Part shown: piece after piece, positions 1 to 8,753 of the stretch | Layout of the letters: the number at the start of each line of letters is the position of its first letter | Position numbering within the stretch: the first letter of the stretch is position 1 | Assembly: GCA_025059595.1 (NCBI GenBank) | Contig: JANXDI010000029.1 | Location: 258,735 to 282,734, forward strand | From: Candidatus Calditenuaceae archaeon | GTDB lineage: Archaea > Thermoproteota > Nitrososphaeria_A > Caldarchaeales > Calditenuaceae | DNA: 24,000 bases | Reading direction: 5' to 3' | The notes under the pieces: model-generated | Databases searched by the model: none | Told to the model about the DNA's origin: nothing | The model's input: only the letters and a program-made list of their open reading frames with translations | Translations under genes and position numbers: made by a program

Positions 1-503
1 CCTCTCCTCAGAATTTTTGTCATATACCACTCATCATAGAACGTTATCTCGTCGTACCTTAGGCATGTATCATATAGTGTGCTCATTTCATAGAATCCTA
101 CCTTGTCCTCGGCATAGCATGCGCGAGGATAGCTTTGTCCTCCAAAAAACCTTTGAGCTATTTTTCCGTCCTTACGCCTCGCCCATGGCATACCCCAGTG
201 CTCCAGCTGAATTATCTCTTGGGGCGCGAGGCTCACGTATCTCTCCACCACATCCTGGTCTGCAAGGAAGTCACTGCCTTTCACCGTATCCCACATGTGA
301 GACTCCAGAGAGTCGCCCCCCTCGGTGTATAGCACGGCCGCAGTTCCGCCCTCGGCAGAGACGCTGTGAGACCTCATAGGCTGTGTCTTTGTTACTACGG
401 CTACGGAAATTTTGCCCTTAGCAACTCTAGCAGCCTCTATCGCAGCGCGGAGGCCGGCCAGCCCCGAGCCAATCACCACCACGTCGCAGCTGATGCTTTC
501 CAG
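1..503 (-). CDS. sdhA: Succinate dehydrogenase/fumarate reductase flavoprotein subunit, N-terminal part (continues off the left edge)
   Basis: Minus-strand translation gives ...ESISCDVVVIGSGLAGLRAAIEAARVAKG..., then ...TKTQPMRSHSVSAEGGTAAVLY... and ...ESHMWDTVKGSDFLADQDVVERY... (FAD dinucleotide-binding motif plus SdhA/FrdA signatures). Absent from the ORF track, probably because it is open at the edge. Start uncertain: candidates are CTG at 503 or GTG at 482. Confidence 0.88.
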   Translation of the reverse strand, partial: MESISCDVVVIGSGLAGLRAAIEAARVAKGKISVAVVTKTQPMRSHSVSAEGGTAAVLYTEGGDSLESHMWDTVKGSDFLADQDVVERYVSLAPQEIIQLEHWGMPWARRKDGKIAQRFFGGQSYPRACYAEDKVGFYEMSTLYDTCLRYDEITFYDEWYMTKILRR

Positions 504-527
504 CAGACACCACCTGCGCTAAGATGA

Positions 528-938
528 TCAGAAAAGATAATGAATTTTTATATGTTCACGCATAACCTCGGGATAAGGCGTTGTGAATCCACAGTGGGGG
601 CAAACCTCAGGCCGAGCCTCGCCCTTCGTCAAGGTCTCAACTATTTTCGCGACACGCTCTTTGGAGGTTGCCTGCACGATGATAGAGTCTCGGTCAATCT
701 CAATAACGTAGAGACCGGTTAGACCCACCTTGTCGAGGGTCCTGACAAGCTCGTTGACCATCAAACTCATGTTGATAGGATGGTCTGGTGAGCCGGATAG
801 GTCTATGACGACGTCGCGCTCACGTGGTAGGGCAAAGCCACCTATCCCGGAGAGAAACTCCGATAGCTCGAAGGCTATTACCGTGGCGAGTGGTTCTAGG
901 CCGATGAGCTTCACGTTAACCGTCTTCAAGGGCTTCAC
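528..938 (-). CDS. Conserved archaeal-type hypothetical protein with C-terminal C2H2 zinc finger
   Basis: ORF 528..1043. Better start is GTG at 938 (VKPLKTVNVKLIGL...), overlapping the nadM stop as GTGA. The C-terminus CPHCGFTTPYPEVMREHIKIH fits C-x2-C-x12-H-x3-H. Confidence 0.7.
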   Translation of the reverse strand: MKPLKTVNVKLIGLEPLATVIAFELSEFLSGIGGFALPRERDVVIDLSGSPDHPINMSLMVNELVRTLDKVGLTGLYVIEIDRDSIIVQATSKERVAKIVETLTKGEARPEVCPHCGFTTPYPEVMREHIKIHYLF

Positions 939-1510
939 CTGAATAGGGCGCTGGTGGCTGAACTCTTGGCAATCCTTACCCTCTCCACACCACCCAAACC
1001 ATCGATGTAATCCGCCACACTCTTCGGGACATATCTCTTCCAATCGCCCCCCTCCGCCATCAACATTCTGATTCGGGTGGCGTTGAGCATCTCCCTGTTG
1101 TAGAGCTCAGCACCTCTTGTCGCTATTCCCTGCTCTTCTAGCAGAAGCCTCACGAAGGGATTATTGGAGTAGGCCACGTCGAACCTTGGACACATCGCGA
1201 CAAGCCGAGCGACCCAGAGCCTGTGCTCTCCGATATCCGGCACAGTTACGGTGATTATCCTGGCGAGGTCTTGGCCATCCTCCTTCAGGGCCAGCCTAAT
1301 CATCTCAATCCTCTCACCCGCTGTGAAGGGGTTGTCGAACGTGTGGCTGAACTGGCTGCTCCCTATGGCGATTATTGCTTCGTCGAACCCTTGAAGTATC
1401 TCTTTGACAGCCGAGAGGTGTCCCATGTGAAATGGCTGGAACCTGCCGATTAGCACAGCCCTAACTACGCCTTTTGAGGTCAGGTCTAAGCCCACCCACC
1501 GGGCTAGCAA
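935..1510 (-). CDS. nadM: Nicotinamide-nucleotide adenylyltransferase, archaeal NadM type
   Basis: VLIGRFQPFHMGHLSAVKEIL... (HxGH nucleotidyltransferase motif), IAIGSSQFSHTFDNPFTAGERIEMI, NREMLNATRIRMLM. Exact start uncertain (TTG 1510 or a downstream GTG). Confidence 0.92.
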   Translation of the reverse strand: MLARWVGLDLTSKGVVRAVLIGRFQPFHMGHLSAVKEILQGFDEAIIAIGSSQFSHTFDNPFTAGERIEMIRLALKEDGQDLARIITVTVPDIGEHRLWVARLVAMCPRFDVAYSNNPFVRLLLEEQGIATRGAELYNREMLNATRIRMLMAEGGDWKRYVPKSVADYIDGLGGVERVRIAKSSATSALFR

Positions 1511-1686
1511 GACTCTCAGCCTCTAATCAAGGTTTTGTATGAATCATCAGGAGCAGTCTGAGTGAATATCTATGTAGTGTGCCTTCCTGTGGAGGAGCTG
1601 CTTTATATTTTGAGCGGGGGACTCGAGGGAGCCTGTAGTTGGAGAATAACCGCTTAAATAGCGAGGTAGGTAACTTGGTCTTGACG

Positions 1687-2454
1687 ATGAGCGTCAGTCC
1701 GAAGCGTGTAAGGCCTCCTATAGCCGTGGAGGTTGTTGACCTCCTGAACCTTGGACGGCTGGTCTTGAACAGGGGAGAGCCGGACGGCCTATTCTGGTAT
1801 TTCACGGTGGATGGGGAGAAGGTCTTGGGGAGCCTCTTCCTGGTACCCTACTGGCGTGGCAACCTGCCGCTGTTCTGCTACACGCGGCTCCCACAGGACG
1901 CCGAGCCGAAGGCCTTCTTGGCTTATCGAAGCATAGGGCAAGAGGAGTGCTATTTCACCAACGCGGGAGACGACCCAAGATTCGTCTATGGCGCCGTCAT
2001 GGAGATTGAGGCTCCACCAGAGTTCCTGCTCAAGTCGCTGAAGAACAGGGCTGTTCAACGCGATATCAAGCCTGTTATGACGAGGGCGAAGGACATGACA
2101 GTCCTCGTGAGGACTCTACTGATTATATCGGAGGACTCAGCCTCACCACCAATCTGGAGCTTCAAACACAACGGCCACTCCATACTGGGAGTCATAGCGC
2201 CTGTCTTCGACTACTACGACGCAAACGCCCTCCCAGTCTTCCTCTACGTCGAGACTCAAGAGGAGCCAAGGGCCGGATTTCTCCGCTACTTCACAGAACA
2301 GGGCCGGGAAGTTACGGCCTTCGTGGACTCAATCGGTGAAATGAAATATTTCTACGCCAGAATAGTCCGCCTATCACATATGCCGCTATGGTCAGCTCCA
2401 AGCGCCGCCCATGTTCGGAAGTTGTATAAAACGTCGCGGCATAGGGGGGTTTAA
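1687..2454 (+). CDS. Hypothetical protein
   Basis: Long ORF (track start 1639; ATG at 1687 gives MSVSPKRVRPPIAVEVVDLL...). No recognised family. Confidence 0.6.
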   Translation: MSVSPKRVRPPIAVEVVDLLNLGRLVLNRGEPDGLFWYFTVDGEKVLGSLFLVPYWRGNLPLFCYTRLPQDAEPKAFLAYRSIGQEECYFTNAGDDPRFVYGAVMEIEAPPEFLLKSLKNRAVQRDIKPVMTRAKDMTVLVRTLLIISEDSASPPIWSFKHNGHSILGVIAPVFDYYDANALPVFLYVETQEEPRAGFLRYFTEQGREVTAFVDSIGEMKYFYARIVRLSHMPLWSAPSAAHVRKLYKTSRHRGV

Positions 2455-2532
2455 AACCGGCTTTTCGTCTTCACAGCATCAGCTCAAGGCCTTTGCGTAA
2501 TTCATTTCTTATAAACGTCATCCGATGATAGG

Positions 2533-2540
2533 TTTAAATA
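2533..2540 (+). promoter_or_regulatory. Candidate archaeal TATA box (TTTAAATA) for the glutamate synthase-like cluster
   Basis: TTTAAATA about 56 nt upstream of TTG 2596, in an otherwise non-coding gap. Confidence 0.45.
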
Positions 2541-2595
2541 CGAATTGAATCACTCAACGTCAACAAGACGTGGGTGATGTGGGATAGGCGCTAGT

Positions 2596-3897
2596 TTGAC
2601 GGGTCCCGCCTCGGTCGTCGGTTCAAAAGCCATACTTGTTGAAAGATATCTTCCCCTGCCGAAGAAGAATGCGCGGGAGTTCTGGACTGAGCGGAGGATA
2701 GAGCATATAAGGTATCTGGCTTCCTGTGGAAGACCTCTGATGGTCTGGGACAGATGTAAATCCGACACTTCGAGGGTATTGGACAGGCTTCATTTTCAGA
2801 GGGAACTTGAAGAGGATGGGGAGGGCGAGTGCTCGTATCAGGCGTCAGACTCCATCTCTGTATCCTCAAGAATCTGCCATGGAAGACTGTGGCTGGAGCA
2901 CCCCATCTACCTTGGGGACATGTCGTTCGGGGCATTGAGCGGTGTTCCGAACATAGCTATAGCGAGGGCCGCCGACCTGACCGGAACCCTCGCTGGGATC
3001 GGTGAAGGTGGGCTCCATCCCGAAGTGGGGAAATGCAGGAGAATCGCGGTCCAGTGGGCCTCTGCCAGATTCGGGCTGGACCTTGACGTATTGAGGAGAG
3101 GAGAGGCGGTAGTCATTAAAATAGGTCAGGGGGCCAAGCCTGGAATAGGAGGGCACCTCCCCAGCGTAAAAGTAGTTGAAATAATCTCACAGACGAGGAG
3201 AATCCCAGTCGGCGTGGATGCCATCTCACCAGCACCCCACCACGACATCTACTCCATTGAAGACTTGGAGCAGAGGATTTGGGCTCTCAAGGAAGCGACT
3301 GGAAAACCTGTCCTTGTAAAAGTCGCCGCGACAAACTACATACCATATATTGCCTCGGGCGTCGCGCGGATGGGGGCGGACGGCATTATAATTGATGGTC
3401 AGGGGGCGGGGACTGGGGCGGCTCCCGCTGTTGTTAGGGATAACATCGGGTTGCCTATTGAGCTTGCCGTAGCCTCTGCCGACGCGATGCTGAGAAGGGA
3501 GGGTCTTCGGGAGGGGTTCACTGTCGTGGCTGCGGGAAGAGTTAGTAGTGCTGAAGACTCGGCCAAGCTCATAGCACTTGGTGCAGACATAGTGTCGATA
3601 GGCACGGCGGCATTGATAGCCATGGGATGCATAATGATTCACAAATGCCACCTCGGGTTCTGTCCGGCCCTCATCACGAACAAGATTATTGATGAGCCCA
3701 AGAAGATACTATCACTTGAAACTGCGACCCGCTGGGTTGTTAACCTCGTGCATGGGTGGTCCTCAGAGCTTAAACTGATTCTTGAGAAGGTGGGTATGAA
3801 AAGAGTTGAGGAGCTGAGGGGGCGGAGAGACCTATTGGTGGGCCGTGGCCTTAGCGACTCCACACTGAAAGTTTTGGAAGTAAGGGGAGTGAACTGA
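2596..3897 (+). CDS. gltB: Glutamate synthase FMN-binding (central/TIM-barrel) domain protein with 3Fe-4S cysteines
   Basis: [71 protein letters not shown] and [10 protein letters not shown] are glutamate synthase/GlxD-family signatures. TTG start. Confidence 0.9.
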   Translation: MTGPASVVGSKAILVERYLPLPKKNAREFWTERRIEHIRYLASCGRPLMVWDRCKSDTSRVLDRLHFQRELEEDGEGECSYQASDSISVSSRICHGRLWLEHPIYLGDMSFGALSGVPNIAIARAADLTGTLAGIGEGGLHPEVGKCRRIAVQWASARFGLDLDVLRRGEAVVIKIGQGAKPGIGGHLPSVKVVEIISQTRRIPVGVDAISPAPHHDIYSIEDLEQRIWALKEATGKPVLVKVAATNYIPYIASGVARMGADGIIIDGQGAGTGAAPAVVRDNIGLPIELAVASADAMLRREGLREGFTVVAAGRVSSAEDSAKLIALGADIVSIGTAALIAMGCIMIHKCHLGFCPALITNKIIDEPKKILSLETATRWVVNLVHGWSSELKLILEKVGMKRVEELRGRRDLLVGRGLSDSTLKVLEVRGVN

Positions 3898-3902
3898 GGC
3901 AC

Positions 3903-4922
3903 TTGAGCGTTTGGAGGGGAGACATAGTAGCTAACCTCCGGACTCTCGCAGGCGTCGAAGGCAAAACCCCATCAGAACCACCCATAGTTAGCATGGGCAG
4001 CGTTAATCCCCCATTAATAGAGGCTCCGTGCTTCATACTTGATCATATTATCTCGGATGGTGCACAAGTCACGCGACCTAGCATAGACCCATACCGCGAA
4101 CCAACCGAGACCGAGGTCTACCTCTTCGGCGCTGGCCTCAGACTCGCCATGCCCATCATAATAAGCGGTTTGAACGATATAGAGCCGAAACATGTCTCCC
4201 CGCTGATTCATTCCTGCTTCAGAATGGGCGTTGGGGTTCATTTAGAGGGGTCGACCGCGGAAGAGATACCAGTGGATGTCAGAAGGTTTGTTTTACTTGA
4301 AGCTGAACATAACACTTTACGAGAGATAGATGGAGGCCCGACAATCATACGCATTGATGATAGAGAAGCTCTAGTCAAGTTAATGAAGACTTCCGACGCA
4401 ACTCACCTCTCAGGACAACTCGCTGCGAGGGTCCCCTCCACAGCCGAGCCCGCCTTCTATTCAAGCATCGTAGATGCAGGGTTCAGGGTCATTATAGTCG
4501 ATGAGGATTTAGGGGGAGAGGAGCCCTTAGAGATCGCTCTATCTGAGGTGGACCAAGTGCTTAAAGGATTGAAGGTGGAGGGGACTCCAGCCCGATATGA
4601 AGTTGGCCTCTTGGCCGCTGCTAGCAGAATTCGGTCTAGCTCAGATGTGTTCAAGCTCGGAGGACTCGGAGCAGACGCATGTATCATCAGAGACGCTTGG
4701 AAAATAGCGGTTGATTATCGGTCTGAAATTGCTACATCTCTACTTTCAGAGAGGCTAGAGAACCTCTTGATAGGCATGCAGAGAGAGATTAAGCTTCTCA
4801 TGGGAGCCGCAGGAGTAAGCGCATTCCAAAGTTCCATCGTCGGCAACAGGGAGCTATTTCGGTCGATCGACCTTCCTCTGAAGCTAACCGAGAGGCTCGG
4901 GGTGAAGCCTGCTGGAGAATAG
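3903..4922 (+). CDS. Divergent paralog of the glutamate synthase FMN-barrel domain, probably degenerate for 3Fe-4S binding
   Basis: Starts 5 nt after the upstream gene. MPIIISGLND aligns by position with the GDMSFGALS region. The C-terminus GLGADACIIRDAWKIAVD...LIGMQREIKLLMGAAGVSAFQSSIVGNRELF parallels [18 protein letters not shown]...[27 protein letters not shown]. The CxxxxCHxxxCP cluster is absent. Confidence 0.6.
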   Translation: MSVWRGDIVANLRTLAGVEGKTPSEPPIVSMGSVNPPLIEAPCFILDHIISDGAQVTRPSIDPYREPTETEVYLFGAGLRLAMPIIISGLNDIEPKHVSPLIHSCFRMGVGVHLEGSTAEEIPVDVRRFVLLEAEHNTLREIDGGPTIIRIDDREALVKLMKTSDATHLSGQLAARVPSTAEPAFYSSIVDAGFRVIIVDEDLGGEEPLEIALSEVDQVLKGLKVEGTPARYEVGLLAAASRIRSSSDVFKLGGLGADACIIRDAWKIAVDYRSEIATSLLSERLENLLIGMQREIKLLMGAAGVSAFQSSIVGNRELFRSIDLPLKLTERLGVKPAGE

Positions 4923-6990
4923 CCGCCACATAACTCACGTTAAGTCAGGCTGCGGCATATTCGGGATACTTCGGAAAAAAAGGGCTATGCCAATCCCCTC
5001 CAGAATTGCCCTAAACGCAATAGAGTGCGTGAGGTATAGGGGTAGCAAGATGGGGGCCGGCTTTGCCTGTATCAATCTACGCGGCGAGCCCACGGCGAAG
5101 GTTAAGCTCTTCACTCAGTCAGAAAATGATTCGATGCTGATCTACCGGATGCTCGAGGAGAGGCTACCCGGTCGGGCCGCCGCAAAGCCAGTCCCTGAAC
5201 ATTCACAAGACTTTTACAGTATATCATCATATACTATACCTGTTGATGCTGAATATGAGGACCTTTGGCGCGCTGTTCAGGAGGTCAATGAAGCTATCTG
5301 GAGGGACGGGCTCAAAGGTCGAATCTACTCCTGGGGGAGGCATGTAGATGTGTTTAAAGGCGTAGGTTATCCTTTCGACGTTTATGAAATTTTCAGGCTC
5401 GGAAATAGAGATTTGGATGGAGACCTCTGGCTGGCCCACACGAGACAGCCAACCAACTCACCGGGTAGATTCCCATTCTGGTCTCACCCATTCGCAAGTG
5501 GCGAGTGGGCGATAGTCCACAACGGGGACATAAGCTCATTCGGCTCGAATATAGAACTCCTACGCTCGATTGGTTACAAGAGCTTCGTCGGAACAGATAG
5601 CGAGGTCATAGTATACCTCTTAGACTATCTCACAAGCTTCCAGCACATGAATGTTCAGGAGGTTGCGAAAATCCTGTGCAACAAATTTACTCTGGATGTT
5701 CCAGACCAAGAGTTTATCAAGCTGCTCTATAAGTGGCGAGGAGCAAGGCTTGACGGACCGTTCAGCGTCATAGCAGGCTTCTGCGACGGCCATGACGTAT
5801 ACCTCTTGGCTTTTGCGGACAGGTTCAAGTTTAGACCTATAATTGTGGGAGAGGATGAAAACTACGTTTATGCAGCGAGTGAGGAGGCTCAGATAAGGAC
5901 GATCAGCGCGGATGCCAGGGTTTGGACGATTGAGCCTGGAGACTATTTCCTAGCATCACAGAAGCATGGGATAATCTACCCAGGAAGAACCATGTATGAG
6001 AAATATTGTATGCTCGCCAGCGCCACAAAGCCGCATTCACCCGACGAAGAAAGTATTGACGCTTCAAACATGAATTATCGAATGTTAAACCAAGCAATAC
6101 ATGAGAGAATCGAATTGGGCTACCGGAGAGTAGATGTCAAGAACGTAAGAGGTCAGAGATATATCGGTGTAGGAATAGACAAGCCTGCCACGCTGCGAAT
6201 ATTCGGGACACCTGGAAATTGTCTCGGAAACCTCAACAGCTGCCTCGATATTGAGGTGTTTGGGAACGTACAAGACGACGTGGCCGATGTGATGACAGGC
6301 GGCCGTATAATCGTTCACGGAGACGCCCGCGACGTCCTCGCACAGGCATTTCAAGGAGGGGCTATCTACGTGAGAGGGAACGCGGGGAACAGGTGTGGCA
6401 TACAGATGAGGGAATATAGGGATAGACGCCCCTTCCTCATAATTGGAGGGAGGGTGGACGATTATCTCGCCGAATACATGGCTGGAGGAGTGATAGCTGT
6501 TCTGGGGTTGAACTACCTAGACATAGAGACGGAGATCGTGGGGAACTGCATAGCGAGCGGAATGGTCGGCGGCAAGATATACGTGAGGGGAGATGTCAGC
6601 TCAAGCAAAATCGGCTTAACCCCACCCCGCCTCGATGTTCTGCAATACTTGAGAGGGCTCGTCCTAGAGGGCAGACTCTCTGAAGGTAAATACAGGGAGA
6701 TAACCTCCATCGGAGACCTTTCACTACACACGCTTAAAAAATTTTTACCGCAGGAAATCAGCAAACAAGTCTCCAAACTTTACTTGAGCAAATACTGGAA
6801 AGAGCTCGTTGTTGAGACCCGGCTTCTAAACGAGCACGACCTAGCCCTTTTACAACCACATCTCCAAGAATTTGGCAAGTTCTTCAACCTTGAAAGGGAA
6901 GTCCGACGCGTAATTGAGGAAGAGCATTTTACCATAATTTACCCTAAAACGGAGGCTGTTACAAAGGTCGAGGAGCCTGAAGAGGGTTAG
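4912..6990 (+). CDS. Class II glutamine amidotransferase fused to GXGXG domain (glutamate synthase GATase + alpha-helix-like domain)
   Basis: ORF track starts at ATG 4987, but the frame is open upstream to 4906 and encodes SGCGIFGILRKKRAMPIPSRIALNAIECVRYRGSKMGAGFA, including the catalytic Cys motif CGIFG at 4951. Also WAIVHNGDISSFGSN and GTDSEVIVYLLDYL, then C-terminal G-rich repeats (GNCLGNLNSCLDIEVFGNVQDDVADVMTGGRIIVHGDARD...GAIYVRGNAGNRCGIQM). Start codon non-standard or uncertain. Confidence 0.88.
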   Translation: MENSRHITHVKSGCGIFGILRKKRAMPIPSRIALNAIECVRYRGSKMGAGFACINLRGEPTAKVKLFTQSENDSMLIYRMLEERLPGRAAAKPVPEHSQDFYSISSYTIPVDAEYEDLWRAVQEVNEAIWRDGLKGRIYSWGRHVDVFKGVGYPFDVYEIFRLGNRDLDGDLWLAHTRQPTNSPGRFPFWSHPFASGEWAIVHNGDISSFGSNIELLRSIGYKSFVGTDSEVIVYLLDYLTSFQHMNVQEVAKILCNKFTLDVPDQEFIKLLYKWRGARLDGPFSVIAGFCDGHDVYLLAFADRFKFRPIIVGEDENYVYAASEEAQIRTISADARVWTIEPGDYFLASQKHGIIYPGRTMYEKYCMLASATKPHSPDEESIDASNMNYRMLNQAIHERIELGYRRVDVKNVRGQRYIGVGIDKPATLRIFGTPGNCLGNLNSCLDIEVFGNVQDDVADVMTGGRIIVHGDARDVLAQAFQGGAIYVRGNAGNRCGIQMREYRDRRPFLIIGGRVDDYLAEYMAGGVIAVLGLNYLDIETEIVGNCIASGMVGGKIYVRGDVSSSKIGLTPPRLDVLQYLRGLVLEGRLSEGKYREITSIGDLSLHTLKKFLPQEISKQVSKLYLSKYWKELVVETRLLNEHDLALLQPHLQEFGKFFNLEREVRRVIEEEHFTIIYPKTEAVTKVEEPEEG

Positions 6991-7454
6991 CTCCCCTGTA
7001 TAAGTTGTGGGGAGAAGAAATCCTCTTTCACGACCTCTAAAACAACGTGCGTCGATGTTCTCTCCACGTAAGGCATCCTGAGCACCTTCTTTACGAACTG
7101 GCTCAGCTCTTGCCTATCCCTGAACCGCGCCACGATAATGGAGTCGACCTCACCCGTCACATCGTACACTGCTACGACGTTCGGCTCCTGAGCCAGCTCC
7201 CTCTGAACCTCCAAAAGCCTCCCCTCCCGAATCACAAGTCCAATCACAGCGGTTATGTCGTACCCGAATTTCTCGTAATCAATCAAGGCCGTGAAGCCCT
7301 TAATCAACCCCTCCCTCTGAAGCCTCGAAACCCTGTAAGCCACGGTAGCCACAGAGACACCAAGCGACTTCGCCAGCTCTCTATAGGAGGCCCGGCCGTT
7401 CTGACTTAATATGTTCAAGAGCTTTAAATCAACCTCATCGATTTTTTTCGACAT
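6987..7454 (-). CDS. Lrp/AsnC-family transcriptional regulator
   Basis: MSKKIDEVDLKLLNILSQNGRASYRELAKSLGVSVATVAYRVSRLQREGLIKGFTALIDYEKFGYDITAVIGL: classic Lrp HTH plus RAM domain. ATG at 7454 preferred over track start 7502. Confidence 0.93.
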   Translation of the reverse strand: MSKKIDEVDLKLLNILSQNGRASYRELAKSLGVSVATVAYRVSRLQREGLIKGFTALIDYEKFGYDITAVIGLVIREGRLLEVQRELAQEPNVVAVYDVTGEVDSIIVARFRDRQELSQFVKKVLRMPYVERTSTHVVLEVVKEDFFSPQLIQGS

Positions 7455-7570
7455 TTCGCCTAAGTTTTCAAACACGCCCATATAAACCGTTCCACTTAAC
7501 ACGAATTTTGAAAGTACTGGCCAGCGTCACAGAGCATTAAAAATACGCGGGGGCCACAAGTACCGCTGAT

Positions 7571-8689
7571 TTAGATATCCCCTGACTTGCTACTGCTTCT
7601 CTTTTCTCTTATCCTTTTTGAGGATTGTCTAATCGGTGGGGCCTCCTCACGCCTTATATAGAGTGTTCTGACTGGGAAAGGTATCTCAATTTCCTCAGCC
7701 TTCAACCTCTTGATGAGCCTCTTATTCATCTCGTGAATCTGCTGCCCACGTTCCCTGACGCTAGAGGCCATCCATATCACTGTGAAGTTGAGTGAATACT
7801 CGGCGGGGGCGAGTCTCACGAGGGGAGTGAAGTTAGGCGTCGCTCCTGGAATCTCTTTCACGGCCTTTGCCGCTTCATCGAGAAGAATCTGCTCAACCCT
7901 GTCCGGGTCCTCGCCGTAGCCTACGCCTATCACAGTTGAGAGCATTATTTCCTGCCCAGGCATATCATAGTTAGTTACTATCGACTCGGCAAGTTTCTTG
8001 TTAGGTATAATTAGCAGATTGTTTGCGAGGGTCTGTATCTTAGTGGTTCTCCAGCTGATGTCTGTGATTGTTCCCTCCCCCACGCCCTCTATGCTGACGA
8101 AGTCTCCGACTCTAATTGACTTCTCGGCCAAGATGTAGAAGCCGGAGAAGAAATTTGCTAAGGTGTCTTGGAGAGCGAGAGCTACAGCGAGCGCTCCTAT
8201 ACCGAGGGAGGCCACGAGCGGAGTGATCTCGATTCCCAGCTCTGAGAGTACTATCACTATCGCCAAAGAGAGAATAGCTATCTTAGCAATCACCTGCCCG
8301 AGGCTCGTCACTTGAATAGCAGCCCCAATCCTAGAGCCGTAGTATCTTATCATCCCCGAGGCTAGGTTGGCTAGAGTCCAAGCGACTGAAAGTATGAGAA
8401 ACGCCAAGAGCCCCCTGTCGACGACCACTCCAATTTGGGGAGGAACTTTTATCAAGCTAGCAGCCGCGTAGACTCCACCGATCAGGAACCAGAGAATTAT
8501 CGAGGATCGAACAACACCTAAAATGACGTCGTCAAGCTTGCTCTCAGTCCGCTCAGCCCAGCCGCGTATAATTCTCGTCAAAATCCTCCGAGCGAGAAAG
8601 CCTAGCGACAGAATCACCGCAAACGCTATTCCCGCGTAGAGATATTCCTCCACAACCGACAAACCTAGACAAAACCCGCCAACACCCAT
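7571..8689 (-). CDS. mscS: Small-conductance mechanosensitive ion channel (MscS family)
   Basis: Several N-terminal hydrophobic helices, then ALGIGALAVALALQDTLANFFSGFYILAEKSIRVGDFVSIEGVGEGTITDISWRTTKIQTLANNLLIIPNKKLAES: MscS pore-lining helix and beta domain. Track start is 8731. Confidence 0.92.
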   Translation of the reverse strand: MGVGGFCLGLSVVEEYLYAGIAFAVILSLGFLARRILTRIIRGWAERTESKLDDVILGVVRSSIILWFLIGGVYAAASLIKVPPQIGVVVDRGLLAFLILSVAWTLANLASGMIRYYGSRIGAAIQVTSLGQVIAKIAILSLAIVIVLSELGIEITPLVASLGIGALAVALALQDTLANFFSGFYILAEKSIRVGDFVSIEGVGEGTITDISWRTTKIQTLANNLLIIPNKKLAESIVTNYDMPGQEIMLSTVIGVGYGEDPDRVEQILLDEAAKAVKEIPGATPNFTPLVRLAPAEYSLNFTVIWMASSVRERGQQIHEMNKRLIKRLKAEEIEIPFPVRTLYIRREEAPPIRQSSKRIREKRSSSKSGDI

Positions 8690-8746
8690 GTAATAAACTC
8701 TGGGCCCACATTGAGCATGAGCAGAAAACACAACACCTCAATCCTC

Positions 8747-8753
8747 AAAAAAA
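8747..8753 (-). terminator. Candidate T-run terminator downstream of tRNA-Gln
   Basis: Seven consecutive A on the + strand (T7 on the transcribed minus strand), immediately 3' of the tRNA. Confidence 0.4.

Noticed and set aside
17-379. Plus-strand ORFs 17..379 and 135..332
   Set aside because: Antisense to the clear SdhA flavoprotein coding frame; Pro/Ser/Arg-rich spurious translations.
2550-3651. Cluster of minus-strand and alternate-frame ORFs over the FMN-domain gene (2550..2768, 2591..2935, 2866..3156, 3226..3651, 3399..3632)
   Set aside because: All overlap strongly conserved glutamate synthase motifs in another frame; consistent with GC-rich shadow ORFs.
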